DNA from: Chloroflexota bacterium
GTDB lineage: Bacteria; Chloroflexota; UBA11872; VXNJ01
Length of the DNA: 64,000 nt
NCBI GenBank assembly: GCA_965261345.1
Contig: OZ253449.1
Coordinates: 800,001 to 864,000, forward strand
Direction of reading: 5' to 3'
Shown: piece by piece, positions 51,985 to 62,724 of the stretch
Position numbering within the stretch: position 1 is the first letter of the stretch
Layout: each line of letters starts with the position of its first letter
Position numbers and translations under genes: made by a program
The notes under the pieces: generated by a model
The model's input: the letters and a program-made list of their open reading frames with translations, nothing else
Database searches by the model: none
Told to the model about the DNA's origin: nothing

Positions 51985-52754
51985 AACCCGGTGCCCAGAT
52001 AGGCCTCGATTACCGCCGGGTGGGCCCGCACCATGGCCGGCGGGCCAGCGGCGATCCCTGATCCGAAATTGAGCACCGCCACTTGGTCGCTGATCGACAT
52101 GACGACGTTCATGTTGTGCTCAATTAGCAGCACCGTCAGGTCCAATTGCGACCGCAATCGCTCAATCAGGTTCGCCAGCTGCGCACTCTCGACCCCACTC
52201 ATGCCGGCCGAGGGTTCGTCCAGCAATAGCAGTTTTGGATCGGCGGCCAGGGCCCGCGCAATCTCGACTCGACGTTGCAGCCCATAGGGAAGCGCGCTCG
52301 CGCGCTCGTCGGCCGCGCCCGCCAGGCCGAGCAGGTCCAGCAGCTGCCAGGTTCGCAGCTCCGATGCTCGCTCCTGGGCGCGGGCCCGGGGCGAGGAGAG
52401 AAGGGCGCCAATAATCGAAGCATTCCCGATCCGGTGCTGACCGACCTGGACATTTTCATACACCGACATCGCGTCGAAAAGACGTATGTTCTGGAAGGTT
52501 CGGGCAATGCCCGAGCCCGCAACCGCCTCAGGTGCAAGTCCGCCGATTTGCCGCCCGCGGAATTCAATCCGCCCGCTGTCGGCCTTCTCAAACCCGGTGA
52601 TGACGTTGAAAAAAGTCGATTTTCCGGCCCCATTAGGTCCGATCAACCCCACGATCGTCCCACTGGCGATATCGATTGAAAAGCGGTCCAGCGCGACCAC
52701 CCCGCCGAAGCGCTTGGTCACCGCCCGGGCGGAAAAGAACTCCCTGTTCGCCAC
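51981..52754 (-). CDS. livG: Liv-type ABC ATPase
   Basis: GPNGAGKST, ARTFQNIRLF, LPYG, IEHNM. Confidence 0.92.
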   Translation of the reverse strand: MANREFFSARAVTKRFGGVVALDRFSIDIASGTIVGLIGPNGAGKSTFFNVITGFEKADSGRIEFRGRQIGGLAPEAVAGSGIARTFQNIRLFDAMSVYENVQVGQHRIGNASIIGALLSSPRARAQERASELRTWQLLDLLGLAGAADERASALPYGLQRRVEIARALAADPKLLLLDEPSAGMSGVESAQLANLIERLRSQLDLTVLLIEHNMNVVMSISDQVAVLNFGSGIAAGPPAMVRAHPAVIEAYLGTGF

Positions 52755-52756
52755 CG

Positions 52757-54181
52757 TCAGGAAAAACCGGCCGCGTCGGCCTTGGTTGCAATCCGGGCTG
52801 GGGCCGGCCTGGAACCGTGCGGCAGCATTCCCTGCGGGCGCAGTATCATCGCCACCACCAGCAGGGCACCGAACGCGACCAGGCGAAATTCGGATGCCTC
52901 GCGCAGGACCTCTGGCACGCCGACCAGGATCACCGACCCGATGATTACGCCCGGGACCGAGCCCATGCCGCCGATGATGACGAGGCAAAGCACGTTTATC
53001 GACACCAGGAGGGTGAAATCGCCGGGAAAGATCGCCGACTGGCGGGCGGCAAATATCGCGCCACCGATTCCGGCAAATAGCGCCCCCACCGCAAACGCCA
53101 ACAGCTTGTAGCGCACCGCCCTGATCCCCAGCGAACGGGCGACGTCCTCGTCCTCGCGCAGAGCAAACCAGGCCCTGCCGATCCGTGATCGCGCCAGCTG
53201 CAGCGAACTGATGGCAACAACCAGGGTGGCGACCGCGATCAGGTAGAGGAAATCTTTCGAATCCACCAGGGTCCGCCCGGCCACCACCGGTTGGGCAACC
53301 GCCTGCACGCCCTGTGGGCCATTGGTCAATTGCGTAAGGTTCTGCGAAAAAATGCGAATGATTTCGCCAAAACCGAGGGTAACGATCGCCAGGTAGTCGC
53401 CGCGCAGGGAGAGTACCGGGATCCCCAGCAGGACACCGGCCAGGGCCCCAATCGCGGCGGCGATTGGAAACGCCAACCAGAAATCCAATGCAATGCCGTG
53501 CAGGGGCGAGGTCAGGATGGCCATCGTATAGGCGCCAATGGCAAAGAATGCCACGTACCCCAAATCCAGCAATCCGGCATAGCCGACCACGATGTTGAGG
53601 CCAAGGCCCATCAGCAGATAGATGCCGATCGACCCGAGCACTTGGTTCCAGTAGAGCCCGGCAACCTGCGGGATCACAACCAGGGCCAGGGCGATCGCCC
53701 CCAGGTAGGCCAGTTGCGGAGGGGAGAAGCGGCGCACCGCGCCAATCGTTGGTAAGGGAATTCGCCGACGCATTGTTCCCAGAAGAAACCGGGCAACGGC
53801 GGCGCCGGCAAGGCCGAATCCGGCCCCCAGTGCAACCGCCAGCGCAGTCCTTGCCAAACCGCCTCCCAGTAGCAGGGTAGTGGCCACCGGTTGAGTGAAT
53901 TTGATCAATGACTCACCCAGATTGAACGCCAATCCAGCGGCGGCGGCGGCAAGGATGGTCACCGCCACAATGGAACCGGCCAGCGCGCCGGCCCAGGCGC
54001 GGCCGGTTCGCCGAGCGACCATGAACCCGGCCGGCGCCGCCAGCCCATGAGCTACCAGCGCACCGGGATTTATCTGCGGCCAGTAGCCATTGGCGACTCC
54101 CACCACTCCTAGCAGAGCCAGGAAAACTGCCAATCCACCAAAACCCAGCCCGGTTCGGACGGCGGCCTTAACGGGTGGCAC
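52757..54181 (-). CDS. livM: Liv-type ABC permease
   Basis: GLNIVVGYAGLLDLG, LRGDYLAIVTLGFGEI. Confidence 0.92.
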   Translation of the reverse strand: MPPVKAAVRTGLGFGGLAVFLALLGVVGVANGYWPQINPGALVAHGLAAPAGFMVARRTGRAWAGALAGSIVAVTILAAAAAGLAFNLGESLIKFTQPVATTLLLGGGLARTALAVALGAGFGLAGAAVARFLLGTMRRRIPLPTIGAVRRFSPPQLAYLGAIALALVVIPQVAGLYWNQVLGSIGIYLLMGLGLNIVVGYAGLLDLGYVAFFAIGAYTMAILTSPLHGIALDFWLAFPIAAAIGALAGVLLGIPVLSLRGDYLAIVTLGFGEIIRIFSQNLTQLTNGPQGVQAVAQPVVAGRTLVDSKDFLYLIAVATLVVAISSLQLARSRIGRAWFALREDEDVARSLGIRAVRYKLLAFAVGALFAGIGGAIFAARQSAIFPGDFTLLVSINVLCLVIIGGMGSVPGVIIGSVILVGVPEVLREASEFRLVAFGALLVVAMILRPQGMLPHGSRPAPARIATKADAAGFS

Positions 54182-54182
54182 T

Positions 54183-55286
54183 TTAGGCCCGTTCTCGCTC
54201 TAGCACTTCGCCAAAGATCCCGGTGGGCCGAAAGATCAATACGACCACCAGCAGACTGAACGCAATCACGTCTTTGTAGGCAACTGGAATTCCCAGCGCA
54301 AACGGCCCGATCGACTCAGCCAACCCGAGCAGGAAGCCTCCGGCCACCGCCCCGCCGACGTTGCCGATTCCGCCAACTACGGCCGCAGTAAACGCCTTGA
54401 GCCCGGGTAGGAACCCCGAATAGTGATTTACCTGGCGATTGTGAAATCCCAGCATCACGCCGCCGGACCCGGCCAGGATGGCTGCTAGGACAAAGGTGAG
54501 CATGATCACCCGGTCAACATCTATCCCCATCAAACGGGCGGTTGGAATATCTTCAGCCACGGCCCTTACCGCAACTCCGAACCGGGTCCGCCGGAGCACG
54601 TGCAGCACGATGAGTAGCATCAGGCCGGTCAGCACCACAATCATGATTCCGGTGTTGGTCACGAATGCCCCGGCGATCCGCTGCCCTCCGGCCAGGGCGG
54701 CGATATCGGTGGTGGGATAGACCTTGGCGTTTGCGCCGACGATCAACTGGGTGGCATTTTGCAGAAATATCGAGACGCCGATGGCCGAGATCAGCACTAT
54801 CAAGCGGGGTACTTCGCGCAGTGGACGATAGGCTACCCGTTCGGTGGCAACTCCCGCAAAGACCGACATCGCGATCCCGGCCGCAAACGTGAGGGTGACT
54901 GCCAGCAGCGCAAACGACTCCAGCCAGCCGGCGCTGGCCATTGCCTCGAGGGCAAAGTAGCCGGCCATGGCCCCGAGCATGAGTACTTCGCCGTGGGCGA
55001 AATTGATCATCTTCAGGATTCCGTAGACCAGCGTATACCCGATAGCCACCAAAGCATAAACGGAACCCAGCACCAGGCCATTGGCCAGCTGTTGTAGCCA
55101 GAGGGCCGGCGGATAGTCGGCACTGGTTACGGTCGCGGCCAACCGCCAGGTAACGAAACCGATGATCAGCAATCCAAGCGGCAATACGATCGCGCGGCTG
55201 CGCAACCGGGACACCAGGTCAAACGCCCGACCGAGACGCTGCTCGCTCAACGGTTCACCGCTCTCCAGGGGACCGCGTCGGGACAA
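54183..55286 (-). CDS. livH: Liv-type ABC permease
   Basis: GYTLVYGI..INFAHG, KAFTAAVVGGIG. Confidence 0.92.
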   Translation of the reverse strand: MSRRGPLESGEPLSEQRLGRAFDLVSRLRSRAIVLPLGLLIIGFVTWRLAATVTSADYPPALWLQQLANGLVLGSVYALVAIGYTLVYGILKMINFAHGEVLMLGAMAGYFALEAMASAGWLESFALLAVTLTFAAGIAMSVFAGVATERVAYRPLREVPRLIVLISAIGVSIFLQNATQLIVGANAKVYPTTDIAALAGGQRIAGAFVTNTGIMIVVLTGLMLLIVLHVLRRTRFGVAVRAVAEDIPTARLMGIDVDRVIMLTFVLAAILAGSGGVMLGFHNRQVNHYSGFLPGLKAFTAAVVGGIGNVGGAVAGGFLLGLAESIGPFALGIPVAYKDVIAFSLLVVVLIFRPTGIFGEVLERERA

Positions 55287-55361
55287 TCAGCACCCATCGC
55301 GGGCCGCGCCGCGCCGTGACCAAATCGCGCCGGTTTTGGGCCTAGCGCCTCAATCGAAGCG

Positions 55362-56708
55362 TTAGACCGGCGTCCATTCGCCGCCGGCAACAATCTGGAA
55401 GGCAACCGAGCCGCTCCCGCAATCGCCATTAGCATCGCATGAAATCGTGCCGGTGAGCCCTGCGTGCCCGACGGTTGCGCGGATGGAATCGTTGATGGCC
55501 TTGCGCCGAATCAATAGCGACCCGTCGGTATCCAATTGGGAAGCCGCCTCGATCGCTGTTAGCAACACCACCGCGGCGTCGTAGCCGTGGGCGCCAAAAG
55601 GACCCTGCAGCTGATCGACATTGAAGCGTTCGAGATAGCGGGCCTCGAACTCGGCCAGTTTTTGCGGATCAGATTCGGCCAGATCGGCACCGGACGCGTA
55701 AACCCCTTCGGCATCGGGACCGGCCAGCTCAATGAATTCGGGGGCAAAGATTCCGTCTGCGCCAAAGAGGATGGTTTCAGACAGGCCGACCTGTTTTCGC
55801 TGGATCGCCAACTGGGCCGCTTCAGGATGAAAGCCACCGAAGTAAATCAGGTCGGGTAGATTGGCCGAAAGAAGGGTGAGCAGCGAGCGGAAATCATCTT
55901 CGCCGACGGTGAGTCCCTCGGTCTGGGTTATTTCTCCGCCGGCGTTTATAAAAGCTGCCTCAAACACCCGCACCAGCCCCTCGCCATAGGGACTTTGGTC
56001 GTGGACCAGGGCAGCCTTGCCCGCACCGAGCGTATTGCGCGCGAATTCGGCGGCCACCTCGCCCTGAATGGCATCGTTCCAACACACCCGGTTGGCGACG
56101 TCTAGTCCCTGGGCCGTAAATTCCACCGCAGTGGAGGACGGCGAGATCATCGGGATCCCGGACCGCTGGTAAATGGCCGCTGCAGGGATCGAGGACGAGG
56201 AACAGGTATGCCCGACCACACCCAGGATGGTCTCGTCGGCGGCAAACTTATTGGCGACCGCGGTTCCACCCTCACCGCTGCAGAGACTGTCCTGGCTGTC
56301 CAGCTCAACCCGGAAGCCGCGGATTTGGCTCAGATCCTCAACCCCCAACTGGGCACCCCACAGCACGTCCTCGCCAATGGCTGCCAGGTCGCCCGAGAGA
56401 ACTCCGGCAAAGCCGATCCGAACCGGGTCGCCCGGTTCGATTCGCACGACCCCCCAGGGATCGTCAACGACCAATGGTTCGGCCGGTTCGGGTGCAGATA
56501 CCGGCGCGGCCGCCGCGGGGGTGGGTTGCGGCGCCGGCTGGACGGCCGCCGGAGCGGGTTGCTCGGCGGCATCGTCGCACGCCGCCAGCAGGGTCGCCGC
56601 TGCGGTAGCCGCTACCCCGATACGCAGCGCCTGGCGTCGGCTCAGCCGACGGCCTAGGGCCCGCTCAACACGTACCGGATCAATAATTTGCCTAACAGAA
56701 TCTTCCAC
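55362..56708 (-). CDS. livK: Liv-type substrate-binding protein with Tat/lipoprotein signal
   Basis: SRRQAL..LLAAC signal; GHTCS, ISPSST, YG.GL. Confidence 0.85.
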   Translation of the reverse strand: MEDSVRQIIDPVRVERALGRRLSRRQALRIGVAATAAATLLAACDDAAEQPAPAAVQPAPQPTPAAAAPVSAPEPAEPLVVDDPWGVVRIEPGDPVRIGFAGVLSGDLAAIGEDVLWGAQLGVEDLSQIRGFRVELDSQDSLCSGEGGTAVANKFAADETILGVVGHTCSSSSIPAAAIYQRSGIPMISPSSTAVEFTAQGLDVANRVCWNDAIQGEVAAEFARNTLGAGKAALVHDQSPYGEGLVRVFEAAFINAGGEITQTEGLTVGEDDFRSLLTLLSANLPDLIYFGGFHPEAAQLAIQRKQVGLSETILFGADGIFAPEFIELAGPDAEGVYASGADLAESDPQKLAEFEARYLERFNVDQLQGPFGAHGYDAAVVLLTAIEAASQLDTDGSLLIRRKAINDSIRATVGHAGLTGTISCDANGDCGSGSVAFQIVAGGEWTPV

Positions 56709-56796
56709 TTCTCACCTCGGTGCTTTTAAGGACCAGCGTTCGGCTTGATTTCGGTTGAGTCGTTGTGAATTGGCAACGCGGATTTGTGGGCATTAT

Positions 56797-59100
56797 CTAA
56801 TATGATCGCCGTTTCCGATCCAGCGCCGCTTGCAGCTTGGGTGGGGAAATCGGAAGGTCGCGCATCCAGACCCCGGTCGCATCTGCGACAGCGTCGGCCA
56901 ACGCCGCCGGGGCGGCCACGATCGAGGCCTCGCCGACGCCGCGAACTCCAAACGGATGCTCAGGGTTGGGAACCTCGACGATGATCGGGTCGATCCTGGG
57001 CAGGTCCAGCGCGGTTGGGGTGCGGTAGTCAAGCAGGGAGGCGTTGACCAGGATTCCCTTCTGGTCGTACCAGTATTCCTCGTTTAATGCCCAACCGGCG
57101 CCCTGGGCCACGCCGCCCTGCATCTGGCCCTCAACGTACGGCGGATAGATGGCGCACCCCGCATCCTGGGCTATCGTCCAGCGCAGGATGTCGACCTTGC
57201 CGGTTTCGACATCTATCGACACATCGCAAAGGTGCAGGGCAAAAGAAGGCGACTTGTAGGTGGGAGCCGCACTGGCGGTTGCCGAAGGTAACCGGCCGGC
57301 AACCTCGATCAGCGCCGCGGCGGCGGCAAAATCCAATTCCCCTTGAGGGCCGCTAAATCGCCCGTCGGCGAACTCAACGCCATCGGCTCCACATTCCCAG
57401 ATTACCGCCAGCTCGGCGGCCATGGCCGCGAGCAATCGTTTCCCCGCCAGGATGGCGGCCTGGCCAGTCACGTTGGTGGTCCGCGAGCCGCCGGTCGAAT
57501 GGGTGTAACCGACCGAGTCGGTGTCGACTACCACCGGCTGAATCGTGGCGACATCCACGCCCAGCACCTCGGCAAGCTGCAGGGCGATGGCGGTCCGCGA
57601 GCCTCCGATATCAACCGAACCTTCGGTCAGGGTGACCGTCCCGTCGCCATGCAGGCGCAAATCGAGCGAGGAGACAAACGTGTTGTTGCGCCACATTCCG
57701 CTGGCAAAGCCACGGCCGCAAACGCGATTCGAATCCTTAGACCGCGGCAATGGCGACCGAAAGTGCGGGCTCGCTTCGATCGCCGCGATGCATTCCAGGT
57801 TGCCGGCCACCGGCAGGGTCGTCCCGTCCGCCCGCCAGGCGCCGGCAACTGCCGCATTGCGGCGACGAAATTCCAGCGCGCCAATTCCCAGCCGATCACA
57901 GATTTCGTTCATGAGCGACTCGACCGCGAAACTGGTCAGCGGTGCGCCGGGAGCGCGATAAGCGTGCACGTGCGGCTTGTTTACCAGCACCTCCCACCCT
58001 TCGATCTCGACATTCTCGAGCCAATAGGGCCCGAAAGCCATCAGCATCGCCTGGGCCAGCGAGGAACCGGGATGCATGCCGGATTCGAGCACAACCTCGG
58101 CCCGCGCCGCGGTGATCTTCCCGGAGTTTGTTACCCCGACTTTCACCCGAGTCCGGCTCGCCGAAGTTGGCCCCGAAGCCCTAAGAACATCGGTGCGGCT
58201 CATCGTCATCTTGACCGGGCGCGCGCACTTGCGGGCCAGCAATGCCGCCGGCAATTCCAGATACGAGGTCAGTTTCCCGCCAAATCCACCACCGATTTCC
58301 ATCGGATGCACGCGGATCCTGGAGGGTGAGAGCGCCAGCAGCTGGGCCAGCTCGGCCCGGATCGCAAAAGCCCCCTGGGAAGAGCACCATACCTCCAGCT
58401 GGCCGTCTTCGAGCCAACGCGCGGTCGCGTTGTGGGGCTCGATGTACCCCTGGTGGACGGTGCTGGTCGAATATTCCCGCTCAATAACCAAATCAGCGGC
58501 GGCGAACCCGGCCGCTAGGTTGCCGTGGCCAACCAGGCTGTGCACCGCCACGTTTGAGGGCTGCGTATCGATCCGCCCGTCATGATCCGTGTACACGTCG
58601 GGAAGGATCAGCGGCGCGCCTTTGTCCATCGCTTCGCGAGCGGACATGATCGGCGGCAGCAGCTCGTAGTCAACCTGAATCAGTCGGGTGGCGGCTTCAG
58701 CGGTGTGGGGATTTAGGGCAGCAACTGCGGCGATTGCATGACCGTCGTAGAGGACCTTGTCACCGGCCAGCATGTTCATCGACTTGTAGGAGATGCGGGC
58801 GTCGATTCCCTCCCCCAACTCGGCGAGGCGATCGGCAATACTGGGCAGGTCAGCCGAAGTAACAATTGCCAAGACTCCGGGTAGGGCGGTCGCCTGTGAG
58901 GTGTCGATTGCGCGGATGCGGGCGTGGGCGTGCGGGGAACGCAGCATCGCGCCGTAGGCCAATCGGCCGGGAAAGACGTCGGCGCCGTAGCGGGCCCGAC
59001 CGGTCACCTTATCAACGCCGTCATGGCGAACCGGCCGGGTCCCGATTTGCTTGTACTGCGGCTTGGCGGGGGCCTGCGCCAACTCGGTTAGGATCGCCAT
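56797..59100 (-). CDS. Xanthine dehydrogenase-family Mo-binding large subunit
   Basis: KVTGRARY, GGGFGGK, AYRAPG, EGQMQGG, RGVGE. Confidence 0.9.
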   Translation of the reverse strand: MAILTELAQAPAKPQYKQIGTRPVRHDGVDKVTGRARYGADVFPGRLAYGAMLRSPHAHARIRAIDTSQATALPGVLAIVTSADLPSIADRLAELGEGIDARISYKSMNMLAGDKVLYDGHAIAAVAALNPHTAEAATRLIQVDYELLPPIMSAREAMDKGAPLILPDVYTDHDGRIDTQPSNVAVHSLVGHGNLAAGFAAADLVIEREYSTSTVHQGYIEPHNATARWLEDGQLEVWCSSQGAFAIRAELAQLLALSPSRIRVHPMEIGGGFGGKLTSYLELPAALLARKCARPVKMTMSRTDVLRASGPTSASRTRVKVGVTNSGKITAARAEVVLESGMHPGSSLAQAMLMAFGPYWLENVEIEGWEVLVNKPHVHAYRAPGAPLTSFAVESLMNEICDRLGIGALEFRRRNAAVAGAWRADGTTLPVAGNLECIAAIEASPHFRSPLPRSKDSNRVCGRGFASGMWRNNTFVSSLDLRLHGDGTVTLTEGSVDIGGSRTAIALQLAEVLGVDVATIQPVVVDTDSVGYTHSTGGSRTTNVTGQAAILAGKRLLAAMAAELAVIWECGADGVEFADGRFSGPQGELDFAAAAALIEVAGRLPSATASAAPTYKSPSFALHLCDVSIDVETGKVDILRWTIAQDAGCAIYPPYVEGQMQGGVAQGAGWALNEEYWYDQKGILVNASLLDYRTPTALDLPRIDPIIVEVPNPEHPFGVRGVGEASIVAAPAALADAVADATGVWMRDLPISPPKLQAALDRKRRSY

Positions 59101-59167
59101 CGCGGCGGTGCCTTTACGTTCGACCAATCATTTTCCATTTATATAGCCAGACGGTTGTCGGAAGGGC

Positions 59168-61453
59168 TTAGCCGCGCGCTGGTTCCGGATCGCCCAGATC
59201 CAGGTAAAACGGACTGGTCCAGGCCATGTTGCAGTCGGCCTGGATGATCCGCAGATGGTAGCCGGCGCTGCGCAGGCCGTCTCCGGGCAACTCCCAATCA
59301 AACTCGATCAGGCGGTCGCCGCCCGGACTTACCCGTTCGGCCTGGACCTGGCAGTCAATTCCGGCGCCGGCCTGCGTGTACACCGAATCGCCAAGCCGGT
59401 CAAGGTCCAGCTCGAAGCTGGCCGGCCCGGAGACAAATTCGAGCCAGCCGCCCAGCTCCCGCAGTTCGATTTCGATACCGTCGTAATCACCCTCGGTTGC
59501 GGATCGCCAGGCAAGCAAATCCGGAGCCTGGTCGATCAGGCCTTCGCCCGGGTGGTCAAACCCGACTCCGTGCGCGGCCAATATCGAATTGCCGTGAACC
59601 GTTAGCCGACCACTCCAGTTGAGCGAGCGGCGGCGCCCGTAACTGGCCGCTCCCTTCCAGGTGATGCGCAGATGGCGTGAATTGGCGCTGCTGCGCGGCC
59701 GCAGCACCGATACCGGCTCCCAGTCGCAGAGCAGGTCGATCTGCTGGATCGGGGCAGTCCCGTCAACAAAACCGTTCACTCGCAGCGGCTGGCCCGCGGC
59801 CAGCGCGAGGTTGGAGCCAATTGGTTCCCCGTTGCCCAACGCGTCAACGAGCATCCTCACGCCGGTGGTCCCGTAGCAGCGCCTCGCCCGCAATGCCGCA
59901 AAAATCGACCGCCGATCGAGCCTTGGCGTGAGCACCGCCGCCAGCCCGCCGGTGACCCCCAGACCGTCCTCACCGGCCTTTACCGCCGGTCGCGCCGCCC
60001 CCGGCCGACCAACGTGCACGTCGGAGCCGCAAAAGTAGCCGACTTTCAGGCCGCGCGCGCGCGCCTGCCGGCCCAGCCATTCGAACGTCCCGTGGGCCGA
60101 GTGAATCTCGATTACCGGTTCAAGTTCGCAGTCGTGGAAGTCGAGGTTGGCATAGCGGCCGCCCACGTGCGGGACCAGGAGCACGTCATCGCGCCCGGCC
60201 AATCGATCGTAGAGCTCGGAAACCGGGCAGGCGTCGCTGGCGGCATCCGAAACATCTCGCAGCAGGGCATGCGAGGAGCGGTGCAAGGGGCCATCGTCGC
60301 CGAGGAAGTGAACGTTGCGATCCCCGCCGGTCGTGGTGTTGCCGGACCACTCCCAGCCAAAGAAGGGGATGAAGCGGCCCGGCCGGTGCAGCTCCCTGGT
60401 CAGACTTCCCAGGGTCGCCAGGAACTCGTTCGTTATCTGAAAGTCGTTGGCTTGGTGACCGACGAATTCGACGAAGGCATCGTCACGGGCAAATCGAAAA
60501 TAGTCGGCCGCCTCCAGGGTGCCAACCGATTCACGGCTTTGACCGTGCAGGTCGCCCCAGCGGATGCGCCGGTTGTCGGCGCTTCCGGGACCAATATGAA
60601 CCGGGTTGGAGGCCCCCTCGGCCAGGCCCGGTGCCCGCGCCGTAAATCGCATCCGGCCAGGCTGGCCGGCGGTTAGGCCCGAAATCACCCGGACCCCACG
60701 ATCGCCGGGCTGCAACTTGATCTGATCTGGCAGACCGGCAATCGGCAGCGAAACCGACAGCTCGACCGCGTTGCCGGCAAATTCGTCGCTGTTGCCCCAG
60801 CGGTCGACCACCCGCAGGTGCAGCTCGAACGGTTCGCCGACGGCAAATTGCGATCCGCAGCGAAGTTCGATGGCACTGCCTGCGTCCCCCAGCACGCACA
60901 GGGCGGGGTGGTCCTCAACCGGGAAGTATCGCTGCGCCCCGAACGGATCAACGTGAACTTGAAATTCCGAACACGGCTCGCGGAAGGTCTGGGCCCGGCG
61001 GCCCGGTCCGCCGCCGGATGTATCGCCGAGGGTTATCTCGACCCGCTCGCCGGGCCGCAGTGATCCATTGGCCACGGTCGCCAGCAGGGTTCGCCGGAAT
61101 GGGCGCTCGTGCAGGGATTCAAACCAGGCCAATTCGATGTCGGCCTGGCCGTCGGTTGCCGCGGTGGTGTATGCGGCAGCGCCCGGATCGCTAAATTGCG
61201 GCCTCTCCCAGTCGGCAACCTGGCGCTCGCAGATCCGGATGTGACCACCATCGTCTACGCCGACCACCCCGCAGACAAATACGATCTTCCAGGTGCCATA
61301 GGTACCGGCCAGGACCAGGCCATCCGGTTCAATCCAGGCCCGTCCCAGCAAATCTGCGTCAAACGGTGGCGTGATTCCGGAAAAGGGCCGTGGCGGATCG
61401 GCGCCTTCCCGATCGGGGGGCGGTTGGCGAGAACTAGAATTTGCATTCATCAA
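59168..61453 (-). CDS. DUF3604 / PHP-like metallohydrolase
   Basis: WGDLHGQS, HQANDFQ, EWSGNT..GGDRNV, EIHSAHG, GSDVHVGRPG, RRCYGTTG. Confidence 0.8.
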   Translation of the reverse strand: MMNANSSSRQPPPDREGADPPRPFSGITPPFDADLLGRAWIEPDGLVLAGTYGTWKIVFVCGVVGVDDGGHIRICERQVADWERPQFSDPGAAAYTTAATDGQADIELAWFESLHERPFRRTLLATVANGSLRPGERVEITLGDTSGGGPGRRAQTFREPCSEFQVHVDPFGAQRYFPVEDHPALCVLGDAGSAIELRCGSQFAVGEPFELHLRVVDRWGNSDEFAGNAVELSVSLPIAGLPDQIKLQPGDRGVRVISGLTAGQPGRMRFTARAPGLAEGASNPVHIGPGSADNRRIRWGDLHGQSRESVGTLEAADYFRFARDDAFVEFVGHQANDFQITNEFLATLGSLTRELHRPGRFIPFFGWEWSGNTTTGGDRNVHFLGDDGPLHRSSHALLRDVSDAASDACPVSELYDRLAGRDDVLLVPHVGGRYANLDFHDCELEPVIEIHSAHGTFEWLGRQARARGLKVGYFCGSDVHVGRPGAARPAVKAGEDGLGVTGGLAAVLTPRLDRRSIFAALRARRCYGTTGVRMLVDALGNGEPIGSNLALAAGQPLRVNGFVDGTAPIQQIDLLCDWEPVSVLRPRSSANSRHLRITWKGAASYGRRRSLNWSGRLTVHGNSILAAHGVGFDHPGEGLIDQAPDLLAWRSATEGDYDGIEIELRELGGWLEFVSGPASFELDLDRLGDSVYTQAGAGIDCQVQAERVSPGGDRLIEFDWELPGDGLRSAGYHLRIIQADCNMAWTSPFYLDLGDPEPARG

Positions 61454-61480
61454 CAGAATTTATTGGGTGGGTGAGCGCCA

Positions 61481-61789
61481 ATGATCCAAGAAGTAGATCT
61501 CCAACGCGCCAAGGAACTGATCGGCGACGGGGTTGCAATCATCGACGTGCGCGAACAGCGTGAATATGACGCTGCTCACGTACCCGGTGCCAAGCACCTT
61601 CCGCTCAACACTATCTTGATGGACACTTCGACCCTGCCTGAAGGCGACATTTTATTTGTCTGCAACGTTGGCGTCACGTCGCGGGTGGCATCGGAAATGG
61701 CTCTGGCGGCGGGGCGCGGTAACGTTTACAACCTCTCTGCCGGAACCAAGGGTTGGGTGGCGGCAGGCAACTCAGTGGAAACCGCCTGA
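61481..61789 (+). CDS. Rhodanese-like protein
   Basis: IDVRE..HVPGA, active-site CNVGVTS. Confidence 0.88.
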   Translation: MIQEVDLQRAKELIGDGVAIIDVREQREYDAAHVPGAKHLPLNTILMDTSTLPEGDILFVCNVGVTSRVASEMALAAGRGNVYNLSAGTKGWVAAGNSVETA

Positions 61790-61879
61790 CCTGCGGCGGC
61801 CTCAACCAACTGGCCGATAACCGCCACTCATCATTAACGCGCATCCAAACGCAGTAACTAAATCGAAGGAATAAAGAAG

Positions 61880-62719
61880 ATGTTTACGCCCGAGCAAGTG
61901 CGCCGCTACAGTCGCCATATGCTCCTGCCCGAGGTTGGCCCGATGGGGCAGCAGCGACTGCTCTCGGCCTCGGTCGTGCTCATTGGCGCGGGTGGCCTGG
62001 GTTCTCCGGCCGCCTACTATTTGGCCGCCGCCGGGGTAGGCAAGATTGGGCTGGTCGACCACGACGTGGTTGAGGACTCCAACCTGCAGCGCCAAATCCT
62101 CCACGACACCGCCCGGGTGGGCGTGCCCAAAGTTGAGTCGGCGCGGCAAACCCTGCAAGGGTTAAACCCTGATGTCGAGATCGTCACCTACGACGAGGTG
62201 ATCGATTCGCAGAATGCGATGCGCATCATCGCCGACTATGACTACGTCGTAAACGGGTGTGACAATTTCCCGACCCGCTACCTGGTCAACGACGCCTGCG
62301 TTCTGCTGGGCAAGACCATGATCGACGGCTCGGTGCTCAAATTCGAGGGCATGGTATCGGTATTTGCGCCCGGCCATGGCTGCTATCGCTGCATGTACCC
62401 GGCACCGCCTCCACCGGAGCTGGCGCCCTCCTGCGCCGAAGCCGGGGTGCTTGGCGTTGTCCCCGGGGTAATTGGCTGCCTGCAAGCATCCGAGACCATC
62501 AAGCTAATTCTGGGACTTGGCGAATCGCTGAGCGGTCGGTTACTTACCTGGGACGCGTTGGAGATGGAATTTATCACCTTCCGGACCAAGCGGCGGACCG
62601 AGTGCCCGGTCTGCGGCGACAACCCCAGCATTACCGAACTGATCGACTACGAGGAATTCTGCGGGTTGCCGGCCCCGCGCCAATCGCGCGAAGAAGAACT
62701 GGTAGCCGGGGCCGTATAA
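61880..62719 (+). CDS. moeB: MoeB/ThiF adenylyltransferase
   Basis: RYSRH, GAGGLG, SNLQRQ, CYRC, CPVC. Confidence 0.9.
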   Translation: MFTPEQVRRYSRHMLLPEVGPMGQQRLLSASVVLIGAGGLGSPAAYYLAAAGVGKIGLVDHDVVEDSNLQRQILHDTARVGVPKVESARQTLQGLNPDVEIVTYDEVIDSQNAMRIIADYDYVVNGCDNFPTRYLVNDACVLLGKTMIDGSVLKFEGMVSVFAPGHGCYRCMYPAPPPPELAPSCAEAGVLGVVPGVIGCLQASETIKLILGLGESLSGRLLTWDALEMEFITFRTKRRTECPVCGDNPSITELIDYEEFCGLPAPRQSREEELVAGAV

Positions 62720-62724
62720 CGGCG

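Noticed and set aside
56797-59100. Aerobic CO dehydrogenase CoxL
   Set aside because: The active-site loop is AYRAPG, not AYxCSFR or AYRGAGR.
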